Positions 12,370 through 25,400 of a DNA stretch of 64,000 bases are shown in pieces. The DNA comes from Ptychomitrium polyphyllum (taxonomy: Eukaryota), in NCBI GenBank assembly GCA_973851085.1, contig OZ316775.1, positions 15,996,001-16,060,000 of the forward strand. Direction: 5' to 3'. Each line of letters begins with the position of its first letter. Positions within the stretch are counted from its first letter, which is position 1. The position numbers and the translations under genes were made by a program. The notes beneath the pieces are model-generated. The model was given only the letters and a program-made list of their open reading frames with translations. It was not told the origin of the DNA and made no database searches.

Positions 12370-13771
12370 ATAAGCTTATTATGAACGCTCCTATCTTGGA
12401 CTGTCAACCACGAGGTTGCCATACCAGTATCAATTTTTTGGTAGAAATTGAGGTGGGATGTAGGCCAGTCAACCATCACTGTACAGAAGGTATTCATTTT
12501 AAGGTTTTCACTTTTGAAGAGACTTCTCGTTAAACTCAATCATAGGTTAGGCATTCCAAACCACATCAGGGCCTGATGCTTACAAACGAGCAAGTAGGCT
12601 TGAGAGCAAAGCGTAACTAAGCATGTTAACAGCTTTTTTAAACAACAACTAATTTAAGCAGAGCTGACACGTCTTCCGATGTTCACTCGCTTGTAAATCC
12701 TCGTCTCAGAAATTCTTGGAATTAATGAGGGTAAATTGAGAAAATTTCCGATTTTTTATTCATTTACTTTGCCATGTTTACAATCTCATTTTCAGATTGC
12801 ACAGGTTCGCCATGAGTCCTCGCCCTTCTCAAGTCTACAGCGGAGAAGCCTCGCCAAGCTGTCTTTCAGCAGGGTTTTGGATCGCCTTGCATCCAATCTG
12901 GTCATATGAATGTGGTTAAACGAATGGAGACGGTGCCCATACTGTGAACTCCTTCGAAGCATTGAATTATTGATCCTCCTGAAGATCCAATTTGACAAAA
13001 CCTTGCCAAGTCCATTGTCGGAGTGAGCGAGTAGGTGCCGGAATTGCTTGTTCCAAATTGCACCTGGCAGCTTTTGGAGGGTTATATGCTCTAAAGCTGT
13101 GATTGACTTGGCTGGGGCCATGTCCAGTTCCTCTGTACTTAGAATTACAGCGTGGCTATATGGGATTTACGCGTGGCCGTTTCTGATCTTGTTTGCATCG
13201 TCAGCTCAACTTGCACATGAACATATTCGAAGTCTCTCTTATCCATCTTCATTCTTGAGAGCAGCAATTTGGTCAATTATTATCAGAAGAGCATATGAGC
13301 AGCGTAGCCTAGCGAATCGTTGCTTTCGATAGGTTACCACCTTACCTACTCATACCTATTTTTAGCTACCGTTTGATCCAAAACTCTTTTCATGGAGGTG
13401 AGGAGGGATCAAATCTCCTGGAGTGGACTTTTAGTACCTGAAAGTAAAATCTTGAGCGATTGCTTTGGTGGTTTTTGTTTAATTAGCATGCCTATGTGCA
13501 GTAATCTGAAGTTGGTCGCAGAGTTCAGCAGTCGATAAGTAAGTGCTGACTAAGTATGTGCCGACTAAGTAAGTCCTGTACTATCGCCAGACGATGGGGG
13601 TACAATGCTAGGCTCCAGCTAATCAGGTAGTCCTTCGGTGCTGTGGTCTTGACCTGGTTGTAAATACTTAAAGGTGATCTTGGAAAGGGCAAGTACTCAA
13701 GTATTAATTGAGAACGAGCTTGTTTAAAGTATTAGCAATTCAATCTTCATGATACTTGCTCTGAGAGCAGA

Positions 13772-16017
13772 ATGTCTTATAATCAGGGTGCCAGCTGCAG
13801 GGGTTTGGGTACTGTCAAGTCCACGCTCTTTTTAATGTTCTTGCTAGTCGTGGTCGAATATGTGATATATAGAAATGCGCTACATTCGGAAAGCAGCATA
13901 ATACGGGATGCGGAATACAAGCTCTTCGCACCGTTCTTCGACGCGGAAGGAAACCCGTCAAATGGTCCCTCAGTTCTAACTCTCCAGGTTCCACTTCATT
14001 CCCCAAACGCTCCGAACTGGATTTCGTGTGATCTATTTCGCGGCCTCTTGTAATGACTGATGAGCAAATTGTAAATCCAGCTGTCTGATGGAAACGAAGT
14101 GGATGCCTACCAGTAGAACAGCAAATTTCAGCTCACCTGCCCTTGCTCAAGGGCCATTCCTTCCAGATAACACTTCATTTGCCTCAACATGGTGAGCCAT
14201 GCTATGCCTCATTTCTCTTTGTGAAGCACAACAGTGTGTGTAAACTCAACCAAATTTTATCTCAGGTGAGGCAACGCATTGAGTTTTAATGTTGCATCAT
14301 GTCAGTACAGACGAAAGCCACGTTATCTCGGCAACTAGAGTCCGCAGTAGCTGAATGGCAGCAACCCTTCCGACTAGAGCACGGCTCTTGTCCTATAGGC
14401 ACCGTCGCCACTGCACGCCATTCAAAACAGGGGAATGACACTCACTGGAGGATCGCCCACAGGCGGCTGGCCGAGTCACAATGGACTTCCTTTAATGACA
14501 CGCATTTTGAACCAGAGACCAACACCTCGTCCGACGGTACCATGTCAACTCAACCCGCTGCCACCTTCGTGATGGATAAACTTGTAAGTTCAGACTTTGA
14601 TTCACATGCTTTCAATACAAACCTTTCAAAAATGCTTGAGCTGCCTCTCGCCATACACTTTTGACCCAGATTATTGCTGACAAGCGAATTCTTCGCCTTG
14701 AACACATAATGCGAACGCGGATATCCATTTTAGTGCATTTTATTTACGAGGGGTACCTTAATTCGGAGGCATTGGAGCGACATTGAGCTTGCAACAACCG
14801 CACTTTGAGACTGGTTACGGATCTACCTTCGGTGCCAGAGTAACATATGGCATAGCTTACTGAATAGTAATCAATAACCCAGTCCCTCCTAGTCCAGAGC
14901 TGGTGGGAAGCGGGCAGATCGCTGCAGGCTTTCTGGTTAGTAGGAATAACCTTTTCGTTAATATAACTTATATGCAGTGAAAATGCTTATTCGTTCATTC
15001 AGACTGTTGCGTGGGTTCTGGAATCTTAGTGAAGTTAACGTTACCTTGTTACAGTCTGAGTTGTCCAATTCTGAGGGCTGTCACCAATTCTGATGCAGGC
15101 GTGTCCATCTGTTTATGGCGATAATTTGCCACGGTTTACACCTTCTTGGGGGTAAGGCACGCACCCGAAATTATATCTGGGATATTGCAGACACTCTCGA
15201 GATCAGCATTCTCTTGCTTAAGGCTTTCGTGGTTTGTTTGGTACGTAGGAAACTAAGTGCAACACACGTTTGCTGATACTTGAAGTTAAGCTAGTTGAAA
15301 TGATCCTTCGGGCATGACAATTGTAGGTTTCAGTCTGGTACAGCAATGAGGCCACTGGAAATTGCTTCTCCATGAACTGCCCTGGTTATACTCACGTCAG
15401 TCTTAACATAGTGCTAGGTGGCGTTATTACCGGCACCGAAATGTCTTTGTTCATTCAATTGGTAAGTTGAGTGTAACACCAGGATGCCCCATATGTTTCA
15501 ATTAAAATCTTGGAGTTATGTGATTATGTATTGCTCATCAAATAGAAGATACTGAATTTGGAAGTAGATACATTTGCACAGGATTACAGCACCAACAGGT
15601 ACACCTTGTTTTCTGGTACGAAGTTGGTTGGTTTCTGGAATCACGACGACACAATTGGCTGGCGACTCCAACACTTCGTCAACGAGCTCGGTCCCGCACC
15701 AACTAGGGGAACTCTTGCTGGAGGTCTTGTGACCCCGAGCGTCATAACTGACAGGGTAACGTCCATGCAGATAGAACAGGGAAATTCCCTAGTGAAGTGG
15801 TACCGCGTACCTGCGATACATTGGGTGGCAGAATATATCTGACAATCAGCTGTATCCGGTGCCTACCACTGGATTATCAATGGCCACAACCTGGGCCAAT
15901 GTTCCTCCGCAGTGCTATGACGCTTACATCAGCTACGACAACAAAGGTGAGTTGGGAACGTACCTTCTGTATGGAGGACGAGGTGGAGAGAACCCTGCTT
16001 GTCGCGTCGGCTTTTGA
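13772..16017 (+). pseudogene. Neprosin (DUF239) family peptidase, disrupted
   Basis: N-terminal hydrophobic segment. Activation-peptide pieces IQLSDGNEV/CLPVEQQ (frameshifted) and WQQPFRLEHGSCPIGTV. Catalytic-domain pieces CPSVYGDNLPRF, NCPGYTHVS, VGFW and CYDAYISYDNKGELGTYLLYGGRGGENPAC. In-frame TGA at 14861-14863. Confidence 0.8.
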
Positions 16018-17146
16018 TGACTAGTTCTCATTCTGCAGAGCATTTTCATCTGGTTTGTAACCATATTTTCATAAGTTATATATAATATATACCGATAATG
16101 TGTTTCCGGCAATACATCGTACAATTCCAATACATATCTGAGGGCCCTCTAAGTGATGAATGATGTCCATCTTGCGGTCTCTGTTTAGGTAGGATTTTTC
16201 TTATTGAACCTCATTCTCAAGTTGCGTAGGTGAACATCATAATTGATTGTAGTCATCTTTTGTTATTCTTTCCTCGAAATTTTATTTGAGCTGCATTTTA
16301 GGCCTTGTAACCATGTAAATATGCAACTCAGTTGCAGGAAAGCGGAGGCAAAACATTTCAAGTAAGAAATTTTGCAATCCATTCATTGCCATTATCAATA
16401 TCCATCACAAAGATATCTTATACTCTTGAATACTCTTCATCAGCAAGAGATTGTATGATGAGCATCGCATATTGATTGTGAAAGTAGCAACCGATGAAAA
16501 TCACTATTAGAATTTGTTACTAGAGCTGCATCAACGACATACGCAACACACTATTCTACGACATTCTAGCTCACATAGCCCCACGAGCAATGGCTACTTT
16601 GCCTTTGCAGTGTTTTTGATCCACTTGTGTTGCTTCTTCACTGGACATGATCATAGCACCCATTGTGGCTTGCCTTGAGGACGCAATCTCCACAGAGCGT
16701 AACAACCGCAAGCAAATCCAGGAGAGAGAATCAGTTTCATGGCTACCCCTATCATATTGATGAAAGTGCAACTTTTGGAGCCGGAGTGAATGGCCAAGAT
16801 CGAGGTTCTTCGTCCAAGGTAGTGTTCGTATGGAGTGCATTCACCACTCCGGCACTCCCTGTTTGTAACTTCAACTTAGGTCGATGCAACCATATCTCTA
16901 CTGCTGCGACCTCTTATCTATTCGTTGTAGCTCTAAGTCCTGCGACAACACGAGGTGGGTGCCAGCTCTGGTGTAGCTATTTTATTTGAACGAAGTGATT
17001 GCGATGTCGAAATGTTTTAGTGTTTGGGTGGGCTTGACTCAGAGTTCGATGATTGCAACATCCCCAGCACTGAAAAATATTCTCCAGGCCCACGTACGAC
17101 GTATATCATGGCAATCTTTTGTTAGACTTGAGTTTTGCAGGCCGTG

Positions 17147-17520
17147 ATGGAACCTGAGATGGAGGGTTTTTGAAGCGAGCTCCTGCCTGAGATTCTTGAG
17201 CGCATGCTATCTTTCGTACCTGCGCCGTCGTTGTGCAGATTTTGTACGGTGTGTCGGAAGTTAAAGGAGCTTCTGTGCAAGACAAGCTTCCATGAGCTGT
17301 GCGACCTCAACGGGAAAAAGCAGAAGTTCTTGTTCGTTTCGCGCAATGACAGGTCTCTTTTCCGTCGAAGATAGCTTACGATCAAGCCATCAAAATGACG
17401 AGTGCAACTTTATCGACTAGTGCGGTGACTGCAGCTTCACTTTGCAGGGTCCCACATGCTGAACCTCAGAGGGTGGCAGGTGGCTAAAAACATTCTTCCC
17501 AGACTGCCGCCTGTTCCATT
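17147..17520 (+). pseudogene. F-box protein remnant
   Basis: MEPEMEGF*SELLPEILERMLSFVPAPSLCRFCTVCRKLKELL...SFHELC is an F-box motif. TGA at 17171-17173 lies at the usual Trp position; the downstream part is decayed. Confidence 0.75.
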
Positions 17521-18685
17521 CATAGAGTATATAGAGATCTTATCTTCACATCAATTCTAACTAGTTTAGAGGTCTCTTCATTGTGAATGTTGTAGAGAAA
17601 TTCTTAATGCAATTGACATCAATGCTATCATTTTTTGATTTGAAAAAAACCTTAGCTGCTTGGATGGTTGTTGTTGAGAAATTGTCGGATTTGAGACCAC
17701 CTATTCGAACTGAAAGGAAGCAGTGGCACTAGTACAGGAGTAGCACTAATACAGAAATTGCGACTCTCGTGGAGCGTCAAACTTCAAATCCTCAGTACTG
17801 AAAACGTTGTGCACATTGAATGTTCACGTTGATAATGCATGACGTCTCGCATTTACACTTCCTCTTCGAACTAGTTGGCCATCGATTCTCTATACAATTC
17901 CGTATAACAATCTCAGCAGTCTGGAGTTCACGATCAGATGGAAACCTAACATTTCACGCCATTGAATCGAATCCTTTCATGATTACAGCGTCTGTGTAGA
18001 AAACCTGTTCCAGAAACTCTTCCGGCGATAACTCAAGTTCCGTTTTTGCTGACAATAACCTCCTGACCTAAATGTACGCAGATTCTTCCTTTGTGGCACT
18101 CCATAGCTTGACAGTCACATGGATCGCTTCACACTTCTCTCTGCGTATGTCGAAACTGCGACTTTTAGACGCTGACTTAGTGAATTAGAATCTTGGAATA
18201 TTTCTTTTTTCATCTATCAAACGATGGCTAACAGCTTCAATCACCATAGGGAGAAAATTATCCAATGTAAGCCCAGAGTTTCTGGAACTTCATGTTGAAC
18301 TGCCAGCATTTGAAACTACCATTTGCTGCAGATTCCAAAGATCAACCGCAGACTAACTTAATAGGGTTGCAAAACCAAGAGGAGCGGGTTGCGTATGAGT
18401 GAACATGGAATGGTTTCTCCGAAGTATCTCCGTCAACAAGTAATATAGTGTATGTCGGCTTTACTGTGGCATTCAGCAGATTGCTAGTCTCGAGTTTCGC
18501 GGATTGGTTAGGTCATGAGCAAGAAGTTCACGGTTGGCCCTTAGGAATTTGGTGGCACTCGCAGACAATTCATGTGAATCTCGGAGCTCAACTAGGATCT
18601 GGCGAGGTCGGCAACAATGTCAGCCTGAGGCGTTTCGTGTGGTGAACTGATCGCAAGCGTCTAGACTGAATAGAGGGTTGGCAAG

Positions 18686-21231
18686 ATGGCGAACCAACAA
18701 CCTGGAGAACTGGACACTGAGTCGCTGCGGTTGTGGTTCCAGTCAGTCGACACTGACAACTCCAATTCCATCAATGTTGACGAACTTCAGGTTTGTTGGG
18801 TTTTGGTTTGAGTGCGGTGTCGGTCCACTCATGCTGTAGTGGATTGTGAGGAGGTGGGCTTTTGGGTTTTGGATTGGATGGACAGAAGTGGAAACCTGGA
18901 AGTGCTATGTTTGTGAAGTAGCTAGATCGTTTTTCTGGTTCCTGTCAACTCATTGATAGGCATTGCCTTCTATAGTTCTTTTCAGGAACCTTGAATAAGC
19001 ATCTTTTAGTTGACTGCTAGTATGGAGCGCTTGTGGTGTGCATTTGTGTACAGGTAGCATTGCAAGCATCGAATCTAAGCTTTCCCAAAACAATTGTGGC
19101 ACAGATGATCAGGTAGTGAAACCCTAACTACGAAATGGTAACTGTAGTTTTGAAGTAGTTGGAAGCGAGCTTTTGGGCTTTGGGTTTTATGCGTTTGTCT
19201 GCACTGCTGATTCACTTAACAATGTTAGTTGTTTATTTTCTTACATAAATTCTGTTGATTTCCTTGTGGAGCGTAGTATTTGCCCCAAAGAACAGTGATG
19301 GGAACAAATGCCTGAGTTCTATGTATTGCATGAGATATCGATGCGCATAGAGTGTGCTGGTACTGGTCTAACTTGTTTTTCTAATCAATGTTTCATACGT
19401 TTATTTTGTTGGTTTCTGCATAGAATGTACGATGCGGATCAAAATGGTGCCATGTCTTTCGAAGGTGGGAATGGGCTTTGCAATGTTCAACTGTGTTTTC
19501 TTAAGATTGTCACTAATATGAGAGGATGGAAGATTCAATATTAGAGAAAGATTCAGTTTGCTAGGGGATACACCTAATGATTGGTTGTTGGATTGCAGAG
19601 TTCACTAGTCTTCACAATTTCCTCAACACGGTGCGTTTGAGGATTACCTGACTACCTCGTGTGCTTTTTGCTAGTCAAGTTACTGTCGCTGATCTGTGAC
19701 ACATCATATCCAGTTGAATCGTTCCTTCAGGAATGTGTAGTGTCTTGAAGACACTAAGGGTTCTGAGTTTCAATTATGTATGTGAATTTCCTATTGATTT
19801 CCATAATAACTGTATGTTTTTAAATTGCAGGTGCACTTCGCATTTTCAAATGTTGCAAGGTACTCAAATCTTGCTAGATTTTCTTGATACAGTTGTCATG
19901 TTAAGAGTGTCATCTGTATACACGTTTATTGTGGAATTTGTTGTTAAAGTGCCTGAGGACCAAGGATTCATATGACTTTCTGACTCAGAGAGTGCGTTTT
20001 TGCAGGAATCAAGACTCTATTTCTTTAAATGAAGCCCATAGGGTAAGCGGCTTCCTCTTTGTGAATTCCTAGCTCATTTGGCTTTACTCCGTATTACCAT
20101 CACTAATCTCTCTCAAAATTATTTATTCGAATGGCAATTTAGAGTATCATTGATTGGTTTTATATACAGGCTTTACACCAAGCTGGATTTTCTTTGGACC
20201 TGCCGTCGTTCCTCACGACTTGTCAGGTGTGCAGTGGATACTTACATTCGAATTTCGACGACTTTTTCTTTGGCGCTTTTGGACGATATACTCACATGAC
20301 GTTTTTCTCATCTGCACTGAAATACTTCTTGCTCCTTGAAATATTTTTTCTTGGGTCCGCTGTCAACGTCCGACTCATAGTCTGGCTCTTGTGTTTAGAT
20401 GCATTTTACCAATTGGACTTTACCCACCTCCAATTTGCTTTCTGACGCAGAGGACTTAGGATTGCTTCCATTTTCTCACATCCAAACCAACAATACTTTT
20501 TATAAATACTTGATATCAGAGTAAAACTGTCGTTGTAAAATGAGGTTCAAATGCCAAACGAGTCCTACTATTCTTCCCTCTTTATGGCTAATTAGAATCT
20601 TTTGTTATTTGACTTTGACGGGCATCCGGGCATTGTTTTTCAGAGTTTCGACTCTAATCGATCAGGGAAGTTTGAAGAGAATGATTTCATCTCGATTTGC
20701 ATCTTTCTGCAATCGGCCAAGTAAGCATCATCGCTTTGAACCGCCATCTGAAGCTTGTGCTTGTTAGTCACACTGTACACCATTGTAACTCAGCAAACTG
20801 CCAATGCGACATACGTGTTAAATTCATGTTGTTACTGCTTTGATCTTAGAGTATTGATTACTTTATTAAAGGAATAATATTTTCTTCCCGAAGATTGGCA
20901 AGTCCAGGTTTCCATTTTTAGCTAAAATAAGTGTAACATCCTGTAGGAATCTGTTCACTGCGTTTGATACCAGCAGACAAGGTCGAATCAGCTTAGACTA
21001 TAATCAGTTCACGTATTGTGGTATGATTCTTTTCACTTGCTATCATTTGTGCGTTCCTTCTGCTTGTTTCATGACTGGATTCTTATTCCCTGGGGCCAAT
21101 TGAACCGTTTGTTGTGAAGGCTGGGAATTACACCTCTCAGAGGCTTGTAATATTATTACGTAGTGTCTTTATTGCTTGTATGTCTTTCTCACAGTCTCTG
21201 ACTATCTGCAGCTGCCAATTTGCGCATTTGA
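18686..21231 (+). CDS. Penta-EF-hand calcium-binding protein (sorcin-like), about 10 small exons
   Basis: Exons assemble in frame: LRLWFQSVDTDNSNSINVDELQ|VALQASNLSFPKTIVAQMIR|MYDADQNGAMSFE|EFTSLHNFLNT|...|SFDSNRSGKFEENDFISICIFLQSAK|NLFTAFDTSRQGRISLDYNQFTYC|AANLRI*. Confidence 0.85.
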
Positions 21232-22444
21232 GAAACGTCCGCATAGAGGATTTGAGTGAAGCATGAAGATTAGTAAGTAGCGTTCTAGGGGTCTTACCAC
21301 CTTGATGATGACGGATGCGCGGTTACGAAAAGTTCATGTGCCACATTGGAATAGAGTTTCATAATAAACGATCCATCTTTTGTTAGCTAGAAGAAGGTAA
21401 TCTGCAAAAATATCATGACCCAGACTTACTATATGTATATCTAACCAGCGTTACTTACATGTTATACAATATTATAGAAACTGGATCCTATGTTATCTAA
21501 GAGTTACGCACATGTACCAATATTTAAATGGTGAATGCGCCAATCGTTACTTTTATAAACATTTATCCCCGGAGTACCCACCAGCGTTGGAAATTGCTTG
21601 CTTGGCTTGATCCCCTTTTCCGCCCGCCAAATCACCTGCTGCACTCACCTTTCCTTCAGCAACCTCAAGAGCATCTGCAGCTGCCTGGTTGCTCTGGTCA
21701 TATTTCTCTGCTGCCATAGTACTGTCATGTCCTGAATTTTGCTCTACCAGCTATTACAATCTCAATCTGGTTCCCTTGAACGTCGATTTGAAGGCCGATC
21801 GGTTCAGCAAGCTGGCCCTTGGCTTTTTAGCAAGATCGAGAAACTTCCAAATGATTACGTGGTATTTTGGCCAGGTGCAGGGATCGCATGGATTCCTAAA
21901 TATGTTCCACGCTCACCGGACCAAATTATGTGAATCATATAAAGTCAGTTCGTATATTCCTAGCATGAAGCTTCGAGTACCCAAACTAACAGCGTTCCAG
22001 TCCCAAACGGACAAGGTTCCGCTATCCCTTGTCACCAACACTACAACATTGCAACCAGCTCCTGCGTTCTTTCAACTTCCGAACACACAACTGTATTGAA
22101 TTGACCCCTTCAAAATACCGATCACAAGTCGCGAGTCATCATGTAGCCTGATAATTATTTTTCTCCGTATTTGGCAATTGCCAGTCATGATTTCTTTGAT
22201 ATCTTTGAAATATTGTACATTATTTCCCCACTTTGAACTGCGGATACATAATGCAACGTACTCTACATTTGCGGTAGAAGAATTACCGACCTTATCATTG
22301 TATCCTACAGCTGAATTGCTACTCCTGCACTTCAAGCAACTGTCAAGGTTACATTGAATTTGAGCTATAGCTTCTGGGGAAGATTTAATTAAACTGGTTC
22401 AGTAACCAGAGTCGTATATTGACCGTTGTAAAAAGCAAGATGCA

Positions 22445-25400
22445 TCATGTATGCTCCAACCGATGGAGACGTTCACGAGCTCTCAGCAGAGAAAGAGGAC
22501 GCTGCATCAACTTATGCCAACTGGGTCTAGCCTCGGTTTGTACGCTGCACCTTGATGAGTTGTTGCTAACAAGCTCATCTTTAAATATTTGGGATTCAAG
22601 ATGTTGACGAAGAATTTGAAGATCAACTAGGGGCACCATTGTGGGCCGACCATGTGCACACTGCAGTGTCGAAAGATGCAGAAGAACCACTAGTTAGAGA
22701 GCATTTGAAGTAGATACTTTCGAACACGAAAGATACGACTGAAACAACGTGCAAACACCTAATGCACTTCTAGGTTGCTTAAAACTGTGTCCAGAAAGAC
22801 TCGAAAGCGGTCCATTGAGGCTGAAGAGATTCACAACATTAGCAGATTTAGGGAATATAATAGGAAAACCACAAGAGGAACGGAGGACTTTGTATTTCTT
22901 TACATAAGGAAGACAAACCTGGAAACACAGAGAAGTGCGCTTGAGGTGACTGACAAGCTGCCGACATTCCGCAGGTAACAACGAGTCTCCAAACATAATA
23001 GCACCTAGCATTTACGAATCAATTAGGAAACTGCTATGATATTCTTCATAGCTCTAACTGAGCATTTGCAACAAAGTTAAAGCGAAGCTCCTCACGTTCT
23101 GTTCACAAGTAAGCATTGTCACTTTATACGACCATATAGCACAGTGATATACCTCGACATGACTTGTAATTTAGCAGCCTCACTACTGATGGGGGAGGTA
23201 CAGAAGCCCCCCCGGTTGCTCCAAGCTGAAAGCCACTTAGCGAGCAATCAATACACACAACGAATACAAAGATTTCATGCATATCAAACATGAGGCGAGC
23301 CTCAGTACTGTAAGAGAAGATTAAATCATTAGGTACGAACCTGCTGAAGATATTCTTCCAGATCAGCTGCTGTCAAGTTCACTCCTAAGATGCAAGGAAC
23401 CTGCGCTGCAAATAAATTTCTTAAATGTAACTACAAAGCGACAGGAACTACAAATGCAACACATCGAATATCCCTGAAAAGGATGAAGTGGTGGAAATAA
23501 ACGTACTGCAGTGAGATGAAGGTTGTTAGTTGTGCTGTTCCGTCCTCTGGTTATGCAACAACACCACATTTAGGCTATTAGTTAACATCGTAACAGGATG
23601 TAAATTCCGCTTTTGAAGGACCTGTATGAACCTTTGAGATTACCTGTTCATAGGTACAGTACCTCGAGAACATACTAATTTTTAGTTGAAACCGTAATAT
23701 TTTTGGTTCATAATACACATTGCCAATCTTGATTCATTCAGGTAACCTAAATAAAACAGTTGCAGAGAACTTACATATTCCTGCCGAAACTCAGAGCATC
23801 GGAAGCAGGTTGGAAACGCCAACCCCAATCCTCAATCTGTTTTCGATATGTATGTAATGTTTGCTGCTCTCCAAGGCCTAATGCCTGCAGAATATATTAC
23901 TCACATGCACGATATTAAAACAGCTAGTTCTAAGATTAGTTTCTCATGAAATAACTCACAAGCAGGTACACAATGCTCAAGAATGTACCAAATCATGTTT
24001 GACATCCAAGAGCGTGCTGTACTGCTTTTTCCCGGCTGCTAGTACCTACAAATTGCATTATAACCGACACAATTAATAAACTCTGTAACTATATTCTATG
24101 TATACCATGTTCAACTGACTAACTAAATTTCAGAATCTTGGAACAGAGGCCTAGATATTTCTCAATTAGATAAGTTACAAATAGGGTCGTACTTGCGCTC
24201 GAAACCCCTCCAACTGCACACGCTCATCTGCTGCATGCTGAAAAGCAACTCCACCAAGGGCTTGCGTTAACGCATAATTGAAGAATCTTAAAAGTTCCTA
24301 GAGAGAGGACTATGACAGGTTTTCAAGAAAACATAAGAAATAAGACACCCATGAACAGGAACTGCGACAAACAAAAAGGTAAACAATCCGGAATTCCAAT
24401 AAATGGTTAAACTCTTCATCGACTGACCACTGACATATGCTCCTGAGGAGATAGTAAAGGAGACAACAAAAAAAATGTTGACGGTATAAATTGTGTATTG
24501 CAGAAGTGAAATAGAAAAGACGCATAGCTGTCTTGAACAAGCAATCATATTATTACCCTCATGTTGCTGTAATAAATTTGTCAAAACATGACCTCTTTCT
24601 CAAATAGCTATTCCGCTAGGAGGTGGCTCATATGTCAAGAGTTAAATTACTCAACTCCCTCGCAGGTGGATGACGTAACGAACCTGGTCAACCAGAAGAA
24701 GGACATTCTGTGTCACAATTGCAATAAACTTGGTGTCCACCTGCTGGAGAACACGAGCATGCTGCAGGCTCTTCTTTGTTACCATATCAGGTTGCAGAGA
24801 TTTGATGCAGGATTCCAATATACCAGCAGATACATCCAGAATGTCATTTACATTTGCTCGCATGCAAGGATTTGACCAAACCTGGAAAGAAAAGATAACA
24901 ATGTCATTCAAAAAATGTGAAAGACGCTTACTAGGACGTCCAGGAAGCCAAAACATGTCACAATAGTAATGTCCTGAAATGTTACCTTGTACAAAGAAGC
25001 AACGTGTGACAGGTCCTTGTCAGGGTAAACACTCCCATTGTCAGTCGACCGGAACTTGGAGAGAACCAAATCATGCACAGGTGCTTCTACAAGAGAAAGA
25101 GAAGCGCAAGCCCTCTCTGCTGGATGACCGAAAACAAGAGAAAGCAAATAGAGTCAGTGCGTGGTTTCCTGACAGGCCTAAAACCTTAACTGCTTAATTG
25201 GAGATTATTGAAGTCTTTAACCAGAACAACGATTTTAACTTCAACCCACCCAGAAGATCTTTTATGAGGAACACATTCACCTTGCAGATTAGAATGTTCT
25301 TCTTGAATGAAATTATCGCCCTTCTCTAAGCTGATTAGTTTATGTCCATCACCTTTCTGCCCCATGCCCACTTCAGCCAAATGATTGGTCATACAATCAA

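Noticed and set aside
13536..13579. Three copies of a 15-bp unit (TAAGTAAGTGCTGAC-like)
   Set aside because: Short tandem duplication with no spacers; not CRISPR-like and no function can be supported.
21528..22335. ORFs between the convergent penta-EF-hand and MLH3 genes
   Set aside because: No motifs or consistent exon chain; probably 3'UTR or intergenic DNA.
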